NCBI GenBank assembly: GCA_945288535.1
Contig: CALYQQ010000016.1
Coordinates: forward strand, 1,407 to 65,406
Direction of reading: 5' to 3'
Source: an uncultured Enterobacterales bacterium
Lineage (GTDB): Bacteria > Pseudomonadota > Gammaproteobacteria > Enterobacterales > CALYQQ01
DNA length: 64,000 nucleotides
Shown here: one piece after another, positions 21,175-32,996 of the stretch
Position numbering within the stretch: position 1 is the first letter of the stretch
How the letters are laid out: every line of letters begins with the position of its first letter
The notes under the pieces: model-generated
Told to the model about the DNA's origin: nothing
What the model saw: the letters and a program-made list of their open reading frames with translations, nothing else
The model's database searches: none
Position numbers and translations under genes: made by a program

Positions 21175-22731
21175 TTATTTTGCATGATCTTGTGCTAAAC
21201 GGCGTTTTTCTTCTTTGACCTGGCGAGCTTGCCAGACTAAATTTAATATATGTATAAGTGCCAATGCTGAAGATTCGACAATATCTGTTGCTAAGCCAAT
21301 ACCATGAAAACGACGGCCTTCGCATTCTGCAACAATATCCACCTGACCCAAAGCGTTCTCACCTTGGCCTTTGGCCGATAGAGAATAATTAATAATTTGG
21401 ATTGGATAATGAGCAATGCGATTAATAGCATGGTAAACTGCATCTACTGGACCATTACCTGTTGCCGCATCAGATTTTATTTCGTTACCACATTTAAGAC
21501 GAACTGTTGCTGTAGCAACTACACTTGTTCCTGAATGAACATTAAAATAGTCTAAAGTAAAATGCTCATAATCTTGTTGTTGCTTGCTTATAAATAGTAA
21601 CGCCTCTAAATCATAATCAAAAACTTGTCCCTTCTTGTCGGCTAACTTTAAAAAAGCTTCATATAACTCATCTAGATTATAGTCATCTTCTTGATAACCT
21701 ATTTCTTGCATACGATTTTTTACTGCAGCACGGCCTGAACGTGATGTCAAATTTAATTGTACTTTACTAAGGCCTATCGATTCAGGTGTTAAAATTTCAT
21801 ATGTTTGTCGATTTTTTAATATACCATCTTGATGAATGCCTGATGAGTGTGAAAAGGCGTTACCACCAATAACAGCCTTATTAGCAGGTATAGGCATATT
21901 GCAAAGTTGGCTAACCAATTGGCTTGTTCGGTAAATTTCATTATGATTAATGTTGGTATAGGCATTCAATATATCTTTACGTAACTTGATGGCCATAATA
22001 ACTTCTTCTAATGCACAATTCCCCGCACGTTCACCTAATCCATTTAGTGTTCCTTCTATTTGGCGGGCACCAGCCTGTATTGCAGTAATTGAATTAGCAA
22101 CAGACATCCCTAGGTCGTCATGACAATGAACAGATATAATAGCTTTATCAATATTAGGTACACGTTGAAATAAATTTTCAATAATATTGCCAAATTGAGT
22201 TGGTATCGTATAGCCAACGGTATCGGGTATATTGATGGTTGTAGCACCAGCATTGATCGCTGCTTCAACAATACGACATAAGTTATCAATAGGCGTACGG
22301 CCTGCATCTTCACAAGAAAATTCTACATCATCAGTATAATTACGAGCACGTTTTATACCATGAATTGCCATTGCTAATACATCATCAAATGAACGTCTTA
22401 ATTTTGCTTCAATATGTAATGTGGAGGTGGCCAAAAAAGTATGAATACGGAAAGCTTCACTAACACGTAAAGCCTCAGCTGCGACATCAATATCTTTATC
22501 CACGCAACGGGATAACGCACAAACCCGGCTATTTTTGATTCGGCGTGCTATGGTTTGCACTGATTCAAAGTCACCTGGTGATGAGATAGGAAAACCGACT
22601 TCCATAATGTCAACGCCTAATCGTTCTAACGCTAAAGCTATTTGTAACTTTTGTTTAACATTTAGGCTAGCCTGTAATGCTTGTTCTCCATCTCGTAATG
22701 TTGTATCAAAAATAACAATTTGTTGACTCAT
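21175..22731 (-). CDS. leuA: 2-isopropylmalate synthase
   Basis: [34 protein letters not shown]; start placed at MSQQ after a GGAG Shine-Dalgarno. Confidence 0.98.
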   Translation of the reverse strand: MSQQIVIFDTTLRDGEQALQASLNVKQKLQIALALERLGVDIMEVGFPISSPGDFESVQTIARRIKNSRVCALSRCVDKDIDVAAEALRVSEAFRIHTFLATSTLHIEAKLRRSFDDVLAMAIHGIKRARNYTDDVEFSCEDAGRTPIDNLCRIVEAAINAGATTINIPDTVGYTIPTQFGNIIENLFQRVPNIDKAIISVHCHDDLGMSVANSITAIQAGARQIEGTLNGLGERAGNCALEEVIMAIKLRKDILNAYTNINHNEIYRTSQLVSQLCNMPIPANKAVIGGNAFSHSSGIHQDGILKNRQTYEILTPESIGLSKVQLNLTSRSGRAAVKNRMQEIGYQEDDYNLDELYEAFLKLADKKGQVFDYDLEALLFISKQQQDYEHFTLDYFNVHSGTSVVATATVRLKCGNEIKSDAATGNGPVDAVYHAINRIAHYPIQIINYSLSAKGQGENALGQVDIVAECEGRRFHGIGLATDIVESSALALIHILNLVWQARQVKEEKRRLAQDHAK

Positions 22732-22777
22732 TATCATGCTCTCCAATCATATTGTTGGGTGTCACAGGCCTTAAAGT

Positions 22778-22808
22778 AAAAAAACCCGCGACGTTTTCGC
22801 GGGTTTTT
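22778..22808 (-). terminator. leu attenuator terminator
   Basis: AAAACCCGCGA-N-TCGCGGGTTTT stem with a U run on the minus strand, between the leader peptide and leuA. Confidence 0.9.
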
Positions 22809-22841
22809 ATATGTGATATTGAATTAAAAGCCGTTATTATT

Positions 22842-22913
22842 TCACATACCAACCTTACCCACGCGATTTAACATCACGAGGAGAAGGAGATCAAAAATAA
22901 TAACTAAGTACAT
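22842..22913 (-). CDS. leuL: leu operon leader peptide (23 aa)
   Basis: Manual translation MYLVIIFDLLLLVMLNRVGKVGM*, with four tandem Leu codons CTC CTT CTC CTC upstream of the attenuator. Confidence 0.9.
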   Translation of the reverse strand: MYLVIIFDLLLLVMLNRVGKVGM

Positions 22914-23775
22914 TCTATTTATTCCAATAAAGATGATTACTTTAATTGTTACGCTATTAAGAAACATTTGTCAAATTATATTTTAGATGAATAAAATTCA
23001 ATAGAATCAAGTAATACAACTAAATTTCTTGTATTATCATTAAATTAGTAAGCTATTAATTTATAATTCGTTGATAATAATAGATAATAACCGTGCTGTT
23101 ATTGACATGACATATATATAATAATTGTCATTTTTATTTTATAAATTATTATATCCCCTTCATTTATAAAAGAGACTAAAAGTAAACCCTTGTCATCATA
23201 GCTATGATATAAAGCAATCTAAATAAATTTGACTCCAGAGTAAACTTAGTACGAAGATAATTATTTTTAATAATACTATATCTTGTTAGTAAGATGAAAA
23301 AGTATATATGAGCTTTAAATATAATAGGTTATAGAATATACCAGCAATATTTTCATCATAATACTAAGCTATTTAGTAAATATAAAATGATTATGTTTCT
23401 TTTTATATTAATAATAACTATTATTACTTAATAAAATTAACATATTAATAAATATGAATCTTTCTATTACTTATGTTTATTAAGTAATTGGTTAAAAAGT
23501 TACCATTATTATTTCCTTATTAAGTTAAATAATATAATAAATAAAATCATTATAAAGTTAATTCATTGTGGCTATTAAAAACAGTTAATATAAATAATAA
23601 AATTATTATTTATATTTTTTAATAATGTTAGCTAATTAATAATATTATATGGTCATCATATTAAATGATAGGGGTATCTAATCTTAATGAAATTAAATCT
23701 TTTGTATGTAAAACACTTTTATTTTCTTTAAATAACATCTGTTTTGCTTACTGTTTTTATTAGATGGCTTAGTCT

Positions 23776-23815
23776 ATTATACTATGAAATCATAAATATG
23801 ATTTCATAGTATAAT
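23776..23815. repeat. Perfect 19-bp inverted repeat with a 2-nt spacer
   Basis: ATTATACTATGAAATCATA-AA-TATGATTTCATAGTATAAT. Confidence 0.9.
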
Positions 23816-23896
23816 CATTTATTATGATATTTTATCATTTAATGCTAATAATTATTGAAATATTGAATTATTGAGATTATATTGATGTGATAACAT

Positions 23897-23912
23897 TGTT
23901 ATCTGTTTCACA
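23897..23912. promoter_or_regulatory. Possible CRP site upstream of the acyl-CoA synthetase
   Basis: TGTTA-N6-TCACA versus consensus TGTGA-N6-TCACA. Confidence 0.35.
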
Positions 23913-24302
23913 TTTTTTTATGTTTTTTTTAGATATTATAATGAAGCTTGATTATTAAAACGTTGTTTGTTTAAATAGTTAATAGTTACTTACAGTGTCG
24001 ATTGAATAAAAGTATTTCATAATGATATTATGCTAAATCGTTCTCTACTTATGCATCTTGTAAGTAGGGTTCGATTTAGGTTTTATGCAAATTATAAAAT
24101 TAAATATATCGCTTTTCAGCTGTCACTACATCTGTTTCAAGGGGCGTATTTATCTAGATTTTTGAATATAAACCTACTCTTGTTTATCAATCATATAAAT
24201 CTATCAATGATAAAATAGTATTTGACCTATGAAAGATTATCAGTAGACTGCATTTGAAAATTTAAGCGTACACATGTAAGCTGGTTAGGCAAATCGTATT
24301 AT

Positions 24303-26108
24303 ATGAGCAATAAATTAAAACAATATCATCAGATTGAACGTGTTCAGTCACAGATTCGTCATAATCCTGAACGCATCGCTTTTAGCGAATGGAGTAAGAA
24401 AAAATATTACTCGCTTACTTGGTCTCAAGTTGGTGAACGGCTTAAACAAATTAGTTGTGCTTTACTTGATGCAAATGTAGCTATTCAAGAACCTGTTACA
24501 ATATTTGCTAATAACAGTATTTCTTGGGCTTTGACTGATTTAGCTATTTTGCAAATTAGGGCGATCACTGTTCCCATCTATGCTACAAGTACAGAAGGGC
24601 AGGCGGCATACATCATTAATAATTGTCAGTCTAGAATACTATTTGTTGGTGATCAGCAACAAATGGATATTGCTATCAAACTTCGAGAACAATGTCCTAA
24701 ACTTCAATATATAATTGCATTATCCTCTGAAGTTGATTTACGTCAATGTGATATAGCCTGGACATTAGATAATTTTTGTCAGCAATTAATTACCTCACGA
24801 CAACTTGATGAGCTCAAAACGCGTATTAAGTATTGTGATCTTAATGATTTATTTACCCTTATTTATACCTCTGGTACGACGGGTACGCCGAAAGGGGTTA
24901 TGCTTGATTATGCAAATATGGCGACACAACTTTATTTGCATGATGAGCGATTAGGTGTTAATCAACATGATGTTTCATTAAGCTTCTTACCTTTATCTCA
25001 TGTATTTGAGAGAGCCTGGAGTTTTTATATGATGCATTGTGGTGCTCATAATATTTATTTATGTGATACTCGCGACGTCAAGGAAGCTATGCAGGCCGTT
25101 AAGCCAACAGTAATGTGTTCTGTTCCGCGTTTTTATGAAAAAATCCATAGTGCAATTCAAACAAAAGTAGCTAAGGCAACATGTCTTCGTCGAATGGCGT
25201 TTCATTGTGCTCTTTGGTGTGGACAACGTAATCTACTTGTTTATCGTAATGGTAAGCAACCAAGTTGGTTACTAAAACAGTTACATAATCTTGCTGATAA
25301 AGCTATTTTATCAAAGCTTCGTCAGGCAATGGGTGGAAATATACGCCTTATGCCAGCGGCAGGCGCAAAATTAGATGATAACATTATCTCATTTTTTCTG
25401 TCTATTGGTGTAAATATAATTTACGGTTATGGTATGACAGAAACATGTGCCACAGTATCGTGTTGGCAAGTTGATCGTTATTATACACCGGGTTCTATCG
25501 GTAAACCGTTGCCGGGTGTTGAAGTCCGTATTGGTGACGGAAATGAGATACAAGTGCGTGGACCTATCGTAACGCGTGGATACTATAATGATCCAGAAAA
25601 AACCGCAGTAAGTTTTACGCAAGATGGTTGGTTGAAAACAGGAGATGCGGGTAGCATTGATGCAGATGGGAATATATATATTACTGAACGCATTAAAGAG
25701 TTGATGAAAACGTCAACAGGTAAATATATTGCACCTCAACAAATTGAAGGAGCTATAGGCCACGATCGATTTATTGAGCAAGTTGCTGTTATTGCTGATG
25801 CCCGTAATTTTGTTACAGCATTAATTGTTCCGTGTTATGAAACTTTGGAAGAGTATGCCAAGTTAATCAATGTCAAATATCATGATCGATTAGAATTGTT
25901 AAAAAACAATCAAATTGTCGAAATGTTTGAACAACGTCTAAAAGACTTGCAAAAAGAGTTAGCACGTTTTGAACAAGTAAAGCGTTTTACTTTATTACCC
26001 AATGCATTTTCAATGGAAAAAGGTGAATTAACCCCCACACTTAAATTACGTCGTAATATTATTTTGCATAATTATCGTCGCGAGATCGATTCTATGTATG
26101 CTGATTAA
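24303..26108 (+). CDS. Long-chain fatty acid-CoA ligase (AMP-dependent synthetase, FAA1/FadD15-like)
   Basis: IYTSGTTGTPKGVML, FLPLSHVFER, YGYGMTET, WLKTGDAG, GELTPTLKLRR. Confidence 0.92.
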   Translation: MSNKLKQYHQIERVQSQIRHNPERIAFSEWSKKKYYSLTWSQVGERLKQISCALLDANVAIQEPVTIFANNSISWALTDLAILQIRAITVPIYATSTEGQAAYIINNCQSRILFVGDQQQMDIAIKLREQCPKLQYIIALSSEVDLRQCDIAWTLDNFCQQLITSRQLDELKTRIKYCDLNDLFTLIYTSGTTGTPKGVMLDYANMATQLYLHDERLGVNQHDVSLSFLPLSHVFERAWSFYMMHCGAHNIYLCDTRDVKEAMQAVKPTVMCSVPRFYEKIHSAIQTKVAKATCLRRMAFHCALWCGQRNLLVYRNGKQPSWLLKQLHNLADKAILSKLRQAMGGNIRLMPAAGAKLDDNIISFFLSIGVNIIYGYGMTETCATVSCWQVDRYYTPGSIGKPLPGVEVRIGDGNEIQVRGPIVTRGYYNDPEKTAVSFTQDGWLKTGDAGSIDADGNIYITERIKELMKTSTGKYIAPQQIEGAIGHDRFIEQVAVIADARNFVTALIVPCYETLEEYAKLINVKYHDRLELLKNNQIVEMFEQRLKDLQKELARFEQVKRFTLLPNAFSMEKGELTPTLKLRRNIILHNYRREIDSMYAD

Positions 26109-26150
26109 GATTAGAAAATAATTAAAAAATAGCAAATAATATATATAATT

Positions 26151-26201
26151 AGGCATTCTGGTTTAGTTTCTATAAAGAGAACTTTATCAGGATGCCTTTT
26201 T
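26151..26201 (+). terminator. Rho-independent terminator after the acyl-CoA ligase
   Basis: AGGCATTCTG...CAGGATGCCT followed by a T run. Confidence 0.65.
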
Positions 26202-26566
26202 AACTCTAGATTATTTCATTATGATTATTTTACCATTTAATATCTAGATAACTTTATCGTAACAGATTAATTGATATCCATAATATAAACTTTTTATATA
26301 AATTTAACTAAAAAAGATTTATTCAGTATAGACGACAAATAAAACTATCAGTATGTTAATAATCTTCGGGTGATTACAATCAGATCTTATCATCATATTT
26401 ACATTCAGTAGTATTTAATTATTGAATATGCTTAATTACACTAGATTAATTTAATAAAAAGTAAATTAGTTTTAGTTATCTTGAAAAATAGTTCTTTTAT
26501 CTTAATAAGATTGAACAAGTAGTGATGATCATAACCAATTAACTATAAGACAGGCAGGAGAAAAGT

Positions 26567-28279
26567 ATGGAGATGTTATCCGGTGCTGAAGCCGTGGTCC
26601 ATTCATTGATTGATCAAGGGGTTAAACAAATATTCGGTTATCCTGGTGGCGCAGTACTTGACCTCTATGATGCACTGCATACAGTAGGTGGTATCGAGCA
26701 CATTTTAGTACGGCACGAACAAGCCGCAGTGCATATGGCCGATGGTTATGCGAGATCGACAGGTGAAGTTGGTGTTGTATTAGTAACATCAGGTCCAGGA
26801 GCGACAAATGCAATTACAGGAATTGCTACCGCATATATGGATTCTATTCCTTTAGTGGTCCTTTCAGGACAGGTACCAACCTCATTAATTGGCTATGATG
26901 CATTTCAAGAATGCGATATGATTGGTATTTCTCGTCCAGTTGTGAAGCATAGTTTTTTAATAAAAACACGTGAAGAAATACCCCATATTATTAAAAAGGC
27001 ATTTTATGTTGCATCAACAGGACGTCCAGGGCCTGTTGTTATTGATTTACCTAAAGATATTCTTAATCCTGATATCAAAACCGCCTATACTTATCCTAAT
27101 ACTATTTCATTACGTTCTTATAATCCAACTATTCAAGGCCATAAAGGACAAATTAAACGAGCATTGCATGCCTTAAGTAAGGCAAAAAAGCCTATATTAT
27201 TTGTTGGTGGTGGTGTAATTTCCTCAGTATGTCATCAAGAAATTCGACAGTTCGCGGAAAAACTCCATCTCCCGGTAACAAGCTCATTAATGGGATTGGG
27301 GGCTTTCGCTGGGACGCATAGACAATTTCTTGGTATGCTTGGTATGCATGGTACATATCAGGCTAACATGGCAATGCATAATAGTGATCTTATTTTTGCA
27401 GTGGGTGTTCGTTTTGATGATAGAGCAACAAATAATTTAACTAAATATTGTCCTCATGCAACGGTTATTCAAATTGATATTGATCCTACATCAATATCTA
27501 AGACTGTACAGACGGATATTCCTATTGTTGGTGATGCTAGGCAAATTTTACAACAAATATTAGCTACTCTTGATGAGCATAAAAGCATGTATACCCCTTA
27601 TTCTGATTGGTGGCAGAGTATCGAGGCTTGGCGTAATAAAAAATGTCTTTCTTATCAAAATGAAGATGGAAAAATAAAACCACAAGCGGTAATTGAAACA
27701 CTTTATAAGTTGACACAAGGACAAGCATATATTGTTTCTGATGTCGGTCAACATCAAATGTTTGCTGCATTATATTATCCATTTGATAAGCCACGTCGCT
27801 GGATTAATTCAGGTGGACTAGGTACGATGGGATTTGGTTTGCCCGCTGCCTTAGGTGTTAAATATGGCCTTCCCGATGAAACGGTTGTCTGCGTTACCGG
27901 CGATGGAAGTATTCAAATGAATATTCAAGAATTATCTACAGCATTGCAATATGCTATTCCTGTTGTAGTGCTTAATTTAAATAATGGTTTTTTGGGTATG
28001 GTTAAACAGTGGCAAGATATTATCTATGCAGGACGGCATTCACAATCTTATATGAAATCATTACCTGATTTTGTCAAGTTAGCACAAGCTTATGGCCATA
28101 TTGGTATTTCAATTACAACAATGACTGAGCTTGAAAGTAAGCTTGCGGAAGCTTTAACGATAAAAAATCGTTTAGTATTTGTTGATGTTGCTGTTGATGA
28201 AAACGAACATGTCTACCCAATGCAAATAAGAGGTGGTGGTATGGATGATATGTGGTTAAGTAAGACAAAAAGGAGTTGA
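26567..28279 (+). CDS. ilvI: Acetolactate synthase III large subunit
   Basis: [31 protein letters not shown]. Confidence 0.97.
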   Translation: MEMLSGAEAVVHSLIDQGVKQIFGYPGGAVLDLYDALHTVGGIEHILVRHEQAAVHMADGYARSTGEVGVVLVTSGPGATNAITGIATAYMDSIPLVVLSGQVPTSLIGYDAFQECDMIGISRPVVKHSFLIKTREEIPHIIKKAFYVASTGRPGPVVIDLPKDILNPDIKTAYTYPNTISLRSYNPTIQGHKGQIKRALHALSKAKKPILFVGGGVISSVCHQEIRQFAEKLHLPVTSSLMGLGAFAGTHRQFLGMLGMHGTYQANMAMHNSDLIFAVGVRFDDRATNNLTKYCPHATVIQIDIDPTSISKTVQTDIPIVGDARQILQQILATLDEHKSMYTPYSDWWQSIEAWRNKKCLSYQNEDGKIKPQAVIETLYKLTQGQAYIVSDVGQHQMFAALYYPFDKPRRWINSGGLGTMGFGLPAALGVKYGLPDETVVCVTGDGSIQMNIQELSTALQYAIPVVVLNLNNGFLGMVKQWQDIIYAGRHSQSYMKSLPDFVKLAQAYGHIGISITTMTELESKLAEALTIKNRLVFVDVAVDENEHVYPMQIRGGGMDDMWLSKTKRS

Positions 28280-28281
28280 TT

Positions 28282-28776
28282 ATGCGTCGGATTTTATCAG
28301 TATTATTAGAAAATGAGTCTGGGGCATTATCGCGTGTTGTTGGTTTATTTTCACAACGTGGATATAATATTGAAAGTTTGACGGTAGCACCAACAGATGA
28401 TCCTACGCTTTCTCGTATAACTATTCAAACAGTCGGTGATGCTAAAATCCTGGAGCAAATTGAAAAACAATTACATAAACTGGTCGATGTACTACGTGTG
28501 AGTGAATTAACGGCAAATGAGCATGTAGAGCGAGAAATTATGCTCATTAAAATTTCAGCCTCAAAAAATAGTGTGCGTGACGAAATTAAACGAAATGTAG
28601 ATATTTTCCGAGGTCATATTATTGATGTTACTCCGACACTTTATACTGTACAAATCGCTGGAACTAGTGAAAAACTTGATGCATTCTTATCAATGATGAA
28701 AGAAGTTGCCGATATTGTTGAGGTTGCCCGTTCCGGGGTGATAGGAATGTCGCGTGGTGAACAAATTATGCGTTAA
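28282..28776 (+). CDS. ilvH: Acetolactate synthase III regulatory subunit
   Basis: [22 protein letters not shown] domain. Confidence 0.97.
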   Translation: MRRILSVLLENESGALSRVVGLFSQRGYNIESLTVAPTDDPTLSRITIQTVGDAKILEQIEKQLHKLVDVLRVSELTANEHVEREIMLIKISASKNSVRDEIKRNVDIFRGHIIDVTPTLYTVQIAGTSEKLDAFLSMMKEVADIVEVARSGVIGMSRGEQIMR

Positions 28777-28803
28777 TATATATTAATAACTTTATGATAT
28801 AGG

Positions 28804-28835
28804 CCGATGTTCAATAGTATTGAATATCGGTTTTT
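28804..28835 (+). terminator. Rho-independent terminator after ilvH
   Basis: CCGATGTTCAATA/TATTGAATATCGG stem followed by TTTTT. Confidence 0.8.
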
Positions 28836-29063
28836 CATTTATACAATACGATTTAATATTTTACTCAGGTAACTGTATATTGCATTATTATAAAACGATG
28901 TATTATTATTTATTAAAAACAATCGTTTTATGAAATAAAACTAACTGAATATTAAGCCAGTATAATAAAATTTCTGTAAAATTTGGTTCTTTGATATAGT
29001 AACTTTTTAGATGAAAACAGTTTAACTTGCTGTTAATCAAATAAAAATAATAAGGATAAGAGT

Positions 29064-30089
29064 GTGAAACTTGATGAAGTTGCACGTTTAGCTGGTGTTT
29101 CTCGAACAACAGCAAGTTATGTTATCAATGGAAAAGCTAAATTATATCGGATAAGCGATAAAACCATTGAAAAAGTAATGTCTATAGTGAAAGAATATAA
29201 CTTTCAACCTAATGTTGTAGCAGCTGGATTAAGGGCAGGTAAAACATTTTCTATTGGCTTGGTTATTCCTGATCTAGAGAATACAAGTTATACGCGTATC
29301 GCTAATCATCTAGAACAAATGACGAGACAATGTGGTTATCAGCTGCTCATTGCATGTTCAGAGGATTTACCTGATAACGAAATACGTTGTGTTGAGCACT
29401 TATTACAGCGCCAAGTTGATGCATTGATTGTTTCTCCCTCTTTATCTAGATATCATCCCTTTTACGAAGCAAAATTAAATAAGAATCGACCGATTATCGC
29501 ATTAGATCGTTCACTTAACCCTCAGCATTTTGTTAGTGTAGTCGGTAATGATTTCAACGATGCCAAAATATTGGCCCAAAAATTGACATCATTAGATTTT
29601 CGCTCAGTATTATATTTTGGTGCAATGCCAGAATTGTCAGTAAGTCAATTGCGTGAACAAGGATTTTCTAGCATTTTTAATGAAACACACTATCAAATTA
29701 ATTATCTTTATGTTGATAACTATAATCGTGAAAATGCATCAAAACTTTTTGCGCAATGGCTAAAGAACAATGGACTTCCTGATGCCCTTTTTATCACCTC
29801 TTTTGCACTATTACGTGGGGCTATAGATAGTATTATATATCATATAGGTCATCTGCCTAAGGATTTGATTATTGCTACTTTTGGTGATAATGAGATGTTA
29901 GATTTTCTTGAGTGTCCAATATTAAGTATGGCACAACGGCATTATGCTATAGCGGAACAATTATTAAATCTAGTTTTAGATTCTATGGAACATAAAAGTG
30001 ATGAAATTAAAACCGGATTAATACCTATTAATCGAGTTTTGATGTTACGTGGTGGATTTAATCGAACAAGGAACCATTATTTAGAATAA
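29064..30089 (+). CDS. cra: Catabolite repressor/activator Cra (FruR)
   Basis: GTG start, [36 protein letters not shown]; ilvH-cra-mraZ synteny. Confidence 0.96.
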   Translation: MKLDEVARLAGVSRTTASYVINGKAKLYRISDKTIEKVMSIVKEYNFQPNVVAAGLRAGKTFSIGLVIPDLENTSYTRIANHLEQMTRQCGYQLLIACSEDLPDNEIRCVEHLLQRQVDALIVSPSLSRYHPFYEAKLNKNRPIIALDRSLNPQHFVSVVGNDFNDAKILAQKLTSLDFRSVLYFGAMPELSVSQLREQGFSSIFNETHYQINYLYVDNYNRENASKLFAQWLKNNGLPDALFITSFALLRGAIDSIIYHIGHLPKDLIIATFGDNEMLDFLECPILSMAQRHYAIAEQLLNLVLDSMEHKSDEIKTGLIPINRVLMLRGGFNRTRNHYLE

Positions 30090-31096
30090 ATTTAATTAGT
30101 TTACAAACAATAGATTAAATAATTTACTTTATTCTTTCTAATAGAGTACGGATATTTTTGGAGTAGCCTATCAAGCTTATTATTTTATACAGTGATAATT
30201 ATGATTGAAAAAGAGAGAGATATGCGATAATTAAATTAATAGCTTGTTGCTGTTTTATGATTTTTGAAAATGGTATTATTTATCCTAAGAATACTTTTTT
30301 GAAATAACTAATTTTGATTTTACTATGTTAATAAAATTTATAATCTAAAGTTAGATTAACACGACAATAATATAAACTGTAACTATAATCTGTTAGATTA
30401 GCTCTAAAGGAAGTGTTTATACCTTAATAATAAGAAAATAACTATCAAAATATTGCTTTATTAAAAGCAGAATTAACTCGTTAGATTAACACTAACTTTC
30501 ATTATCGATGCAATAATAAACGTCTACTGTATTGTGATTTTCTTTATTAGTATTTCTTAATAAAATTTTCTGAATAGATCGTTTCATTTTTAGTAAAAAT
30601 AGAGAGGTATTAATTTAGCATATAAATTAATAAGGTATATTAAACATACTAATTGTCATTAATAATTATCATGTGTATCAGATTTAAGCTGGAAAAATTA
30701 ACTGAATAAGTTAATTGAACATCAAACGTGAATGGCTTAATGGTAAAACAATATGATTGCTTATGGATATACTCTATAAATGTAAACTCTTTTAGTTCCA
30801 GTCAGGAAGAGCCTCTTTTTAGTTTAATAATTATGTTAGTAAATAATAAATTAATCTAAAGTAGGTAGGCTTTATACGATTTTATATATCAATTTACCTA
30901 ACTAATTAGAAATTATAAGTAATTATCTTACTTTCTTGCCAAGTATAATTTGTGAAGAAAAAATTTTATTTATAACCAAGATGAAAATTTTAATTAAAAC
31001 TTATTAATTAAAATTATATTTTTTATTTATATCTAATTTATTTTTTTATATTGATTAAAGATGAGAATCTAATCTTTAATCTTCTATTGCTTTATC

Positions 31097-31158
31097 TTGA
31101 CAATGAATTAATTCACTACGTAAACTATCATTGTGTAGAAAAGTGGTAAAAAGTGGTG
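31097..31158 (+). promoter_or_regulatory. Pmra sigma70 promoter and MraZ-binding repeats
   Basis: TTGACA-N18-TAAACT followed by GTGTA/GTGGT/GTGGT boxes at a 10-bp period (31133, 31143, 31153). Confidence 0.85.
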
Positions 31159-31186
31159 AAAATAGTCAAAATTAGGTAAGGCAAAA

Positions 31187-31645
31187 ATGTTTCGCGGTGC
31201 TATGACAATTAATCTTGATAATAAAGGGCGTCTGGCAATACCGACGCGTTATCGTGAGATATTGTCTGAAGAATGTAATGGGCAAATGATATGTACTATT
31301 GACCTGCATCAACCATGTTTGCTTCTTTACCCTTTACCTGAATGGGAAATTATCGAAGAAAAGCTTTCTCGCCTGTCCAGCATGAACCCAGTTGAGAGAC
31401 GTGTACAACGTTTATTACTTGGCCATGCTTGCGAATGTCAAATGGATAATGCAGGCCGGTTACTGATTGCACATACATTAAGGCAACATGCTGGTTTGAC
31501 AAAGGAACTTATGTTTGTCGGGCAATTAAATAAGTTCGAAATTTGGGATAAACAAGTATGGTATCAACAAGTCGAAGACGATATTGCGGCAGAACAATCT
31601 TTGCAAGCACCTTTGTCAGAAAAATTGCTTGATTTTTCTTTATAA
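31187..31645 (+). CDS. mraZ: dcw cluster transcriptional repressor MraZ
   Basis: MFRGA...LD.KGRLAIP, two SpoVT-AbrB repeats. Confidence 0.98.
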   Translation: MFRGAMTINLDNKGRLAIPTRYREILSEECNGQMICTIDLHQPCLLLYPLPEWEIIEEKLSRLSSMNPVERRVQRLLLGHACECQMDNAGRLLIAHTLRQHAGLTKELMFVGQLNKFEIWDKQVWYQQVEDDIAAEQSLQAPLSEKLLDFSL

Positions 31646-31668
31646 TCAATAACGGTCTGAGGAAAACG

Positions 31669-32610
31669 TTGGAACAGTATCAACATACAACAGTACTGCT
31701 GGATGAAGCAGTTAATAATCTTAATATTCAGCCTGATGGCATTTATGTTGATGGTACTTTTGGCCGTGGAGGTCATTCAAGTTTAATTTTAAAGCGATTA
31801 GGAGATAAAGGCCGATTAATTGCTATTGATCGTGATCCACAAGCAATTGCAGTCGCAAAGACCATTAAGGATAAACGTTTCAATATTATTCATGGACCTT
31901 TTTCTGGATTAGCTAATTATATTGCGGAGTTAGGGCTTACAGGAAAGATTAATGGATTATTATTAGATTTGGGTGTTTCATCACCCCAATTAGACGATGC
32001 TGAACGCGGTTTTTCTTTTATGCGCGATGGACCACTTGATATGCGGATGGATCCAACGCGAGGTATACCTGCTGCACAATGGCTTGCTCAAACAGAGTGC
32101 GATGAAATTGCTTGGGTATTAAAGACGTTCGGTGAGGAGCGATTTGCTAAGCGTATTGCACAAGCAATTAAGATACGCAATACAGAAGGTCCTATAATTA
32201 GTCGCACCGCTGAATTAGCTGAAGTGATTACGTCTGCAATACCAAAAAAGGATAAACATAAACATCCGGCAACAAGAAGTTTTCAGGCAATAAGAATTTA
32301 TATTAATAGTGAATTACTAGAAATTGAGCATGCGTTAAAAGCGGCATTAGATATTCTTGCTCCGCAAGGTCGTTTAGTTGTCATTAGCTTTCACTCATTG
32401 GAAGATCGCATTGTTAAACAGTTTATAAAGCAACAAAGTAAGAATTTTCAGCCACCTAAAGGATTGCCATTAACTGATGCGCAATTAAAACAATATGGTT
32501 GTAGCAAATTAGTTGCATTAGGCAAGCTGAAACCATCTGATTCAGAAATTGCTCATAATCCAAGGGCAAGAAGCTCGGTGCTGCGAATTGCACAAAGGAA
32601 AGATAATTAA
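31669..32610 (+). CDS. rsmH: 16S rRNA m4C1402 methyltransferase
   Basis: [30 protein letters not shown]; TTG start. Confidence 0.98.
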   Translation: MEQYQHTTVLLDEAVNNLNIQPDGIYVDGTFGRGGHSSLILKRLGDKGRLIAIDRDPQAIAVAKTIKDKRFNIIHGPFSGLANYIAELGLTGKINGLLLDLGVSSPQLDDAERGFSFMRDGPLDMRMDPTRGIPAAQWLAQTECDEIAWVLKTFGEERFAKRIAQAIKIRNTEGPIISRTAELAEVITSAIPKKDKHKHPATRSFQAIRIYINSELLEIEHALKAALDILAPQGRLVVISFHSLEDRIVKQFIKQQSKNFQPPKGLPLTDAQLKQYGCSKLVALGKLKPSDSEIAHNPRARSSVLRIAQRKDN

Positions 32611-32936
32611 TGGGGCATCAACGTTATCGGCTTATCAGTTTAATTGGTCGTGACTTGTTTGCTCATTTTAAAATTCCTATGTTGCTATTATTATTAAATG
32701 TATCTACAGCAGTAGCGGTTGTTTATACTACCCAGATGACAAGACAGTTGATGGGGACACGTGAACAGTTAACATTGGAAAAAGATAAATTGAATATAGA
32801 ATGGCGAAATTTAATTCTGGAAGAATATGTCCTTGGTGATCATAAACGGATAACAGAAATAGCAAAACAGCAATTAATGATGCGCGATATCACGTCAAAT
32901 GATGAACACGTCATTATTGAAAAAAATAATAAGTAA
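32610..32936 (+). CDS. ftsL: Cell division protein FtsL
   Basis: Single TM plus leucine zipper, EWRNLILEE; position in the dcw cluster. Confidence 0.93.
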   Translation: MGHQRYRLISLIGRDLFAHFKIPMLLLLLNVSTAVAVVYTTQMTRQLMGTREQLTLEKDKLNIEWRNLILEEYVLGDHKRITEIAKQQLMMRDITSNDEHVIIEKNNK

Positions 32937-32996
32937 GTATTGAGTATATTTATTTTCTAACTATTAATTTGTTTGTCTTTAAGGTTAGTGAAATCG

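Noticed and set aside
24030-24218. 62-aa ORF upstream of the acyl-CoA ligase
   Set aside because: No Shine-Dalgarno, composition typical of AT-rich non-coding DNA, and no resemblance to LeuO.
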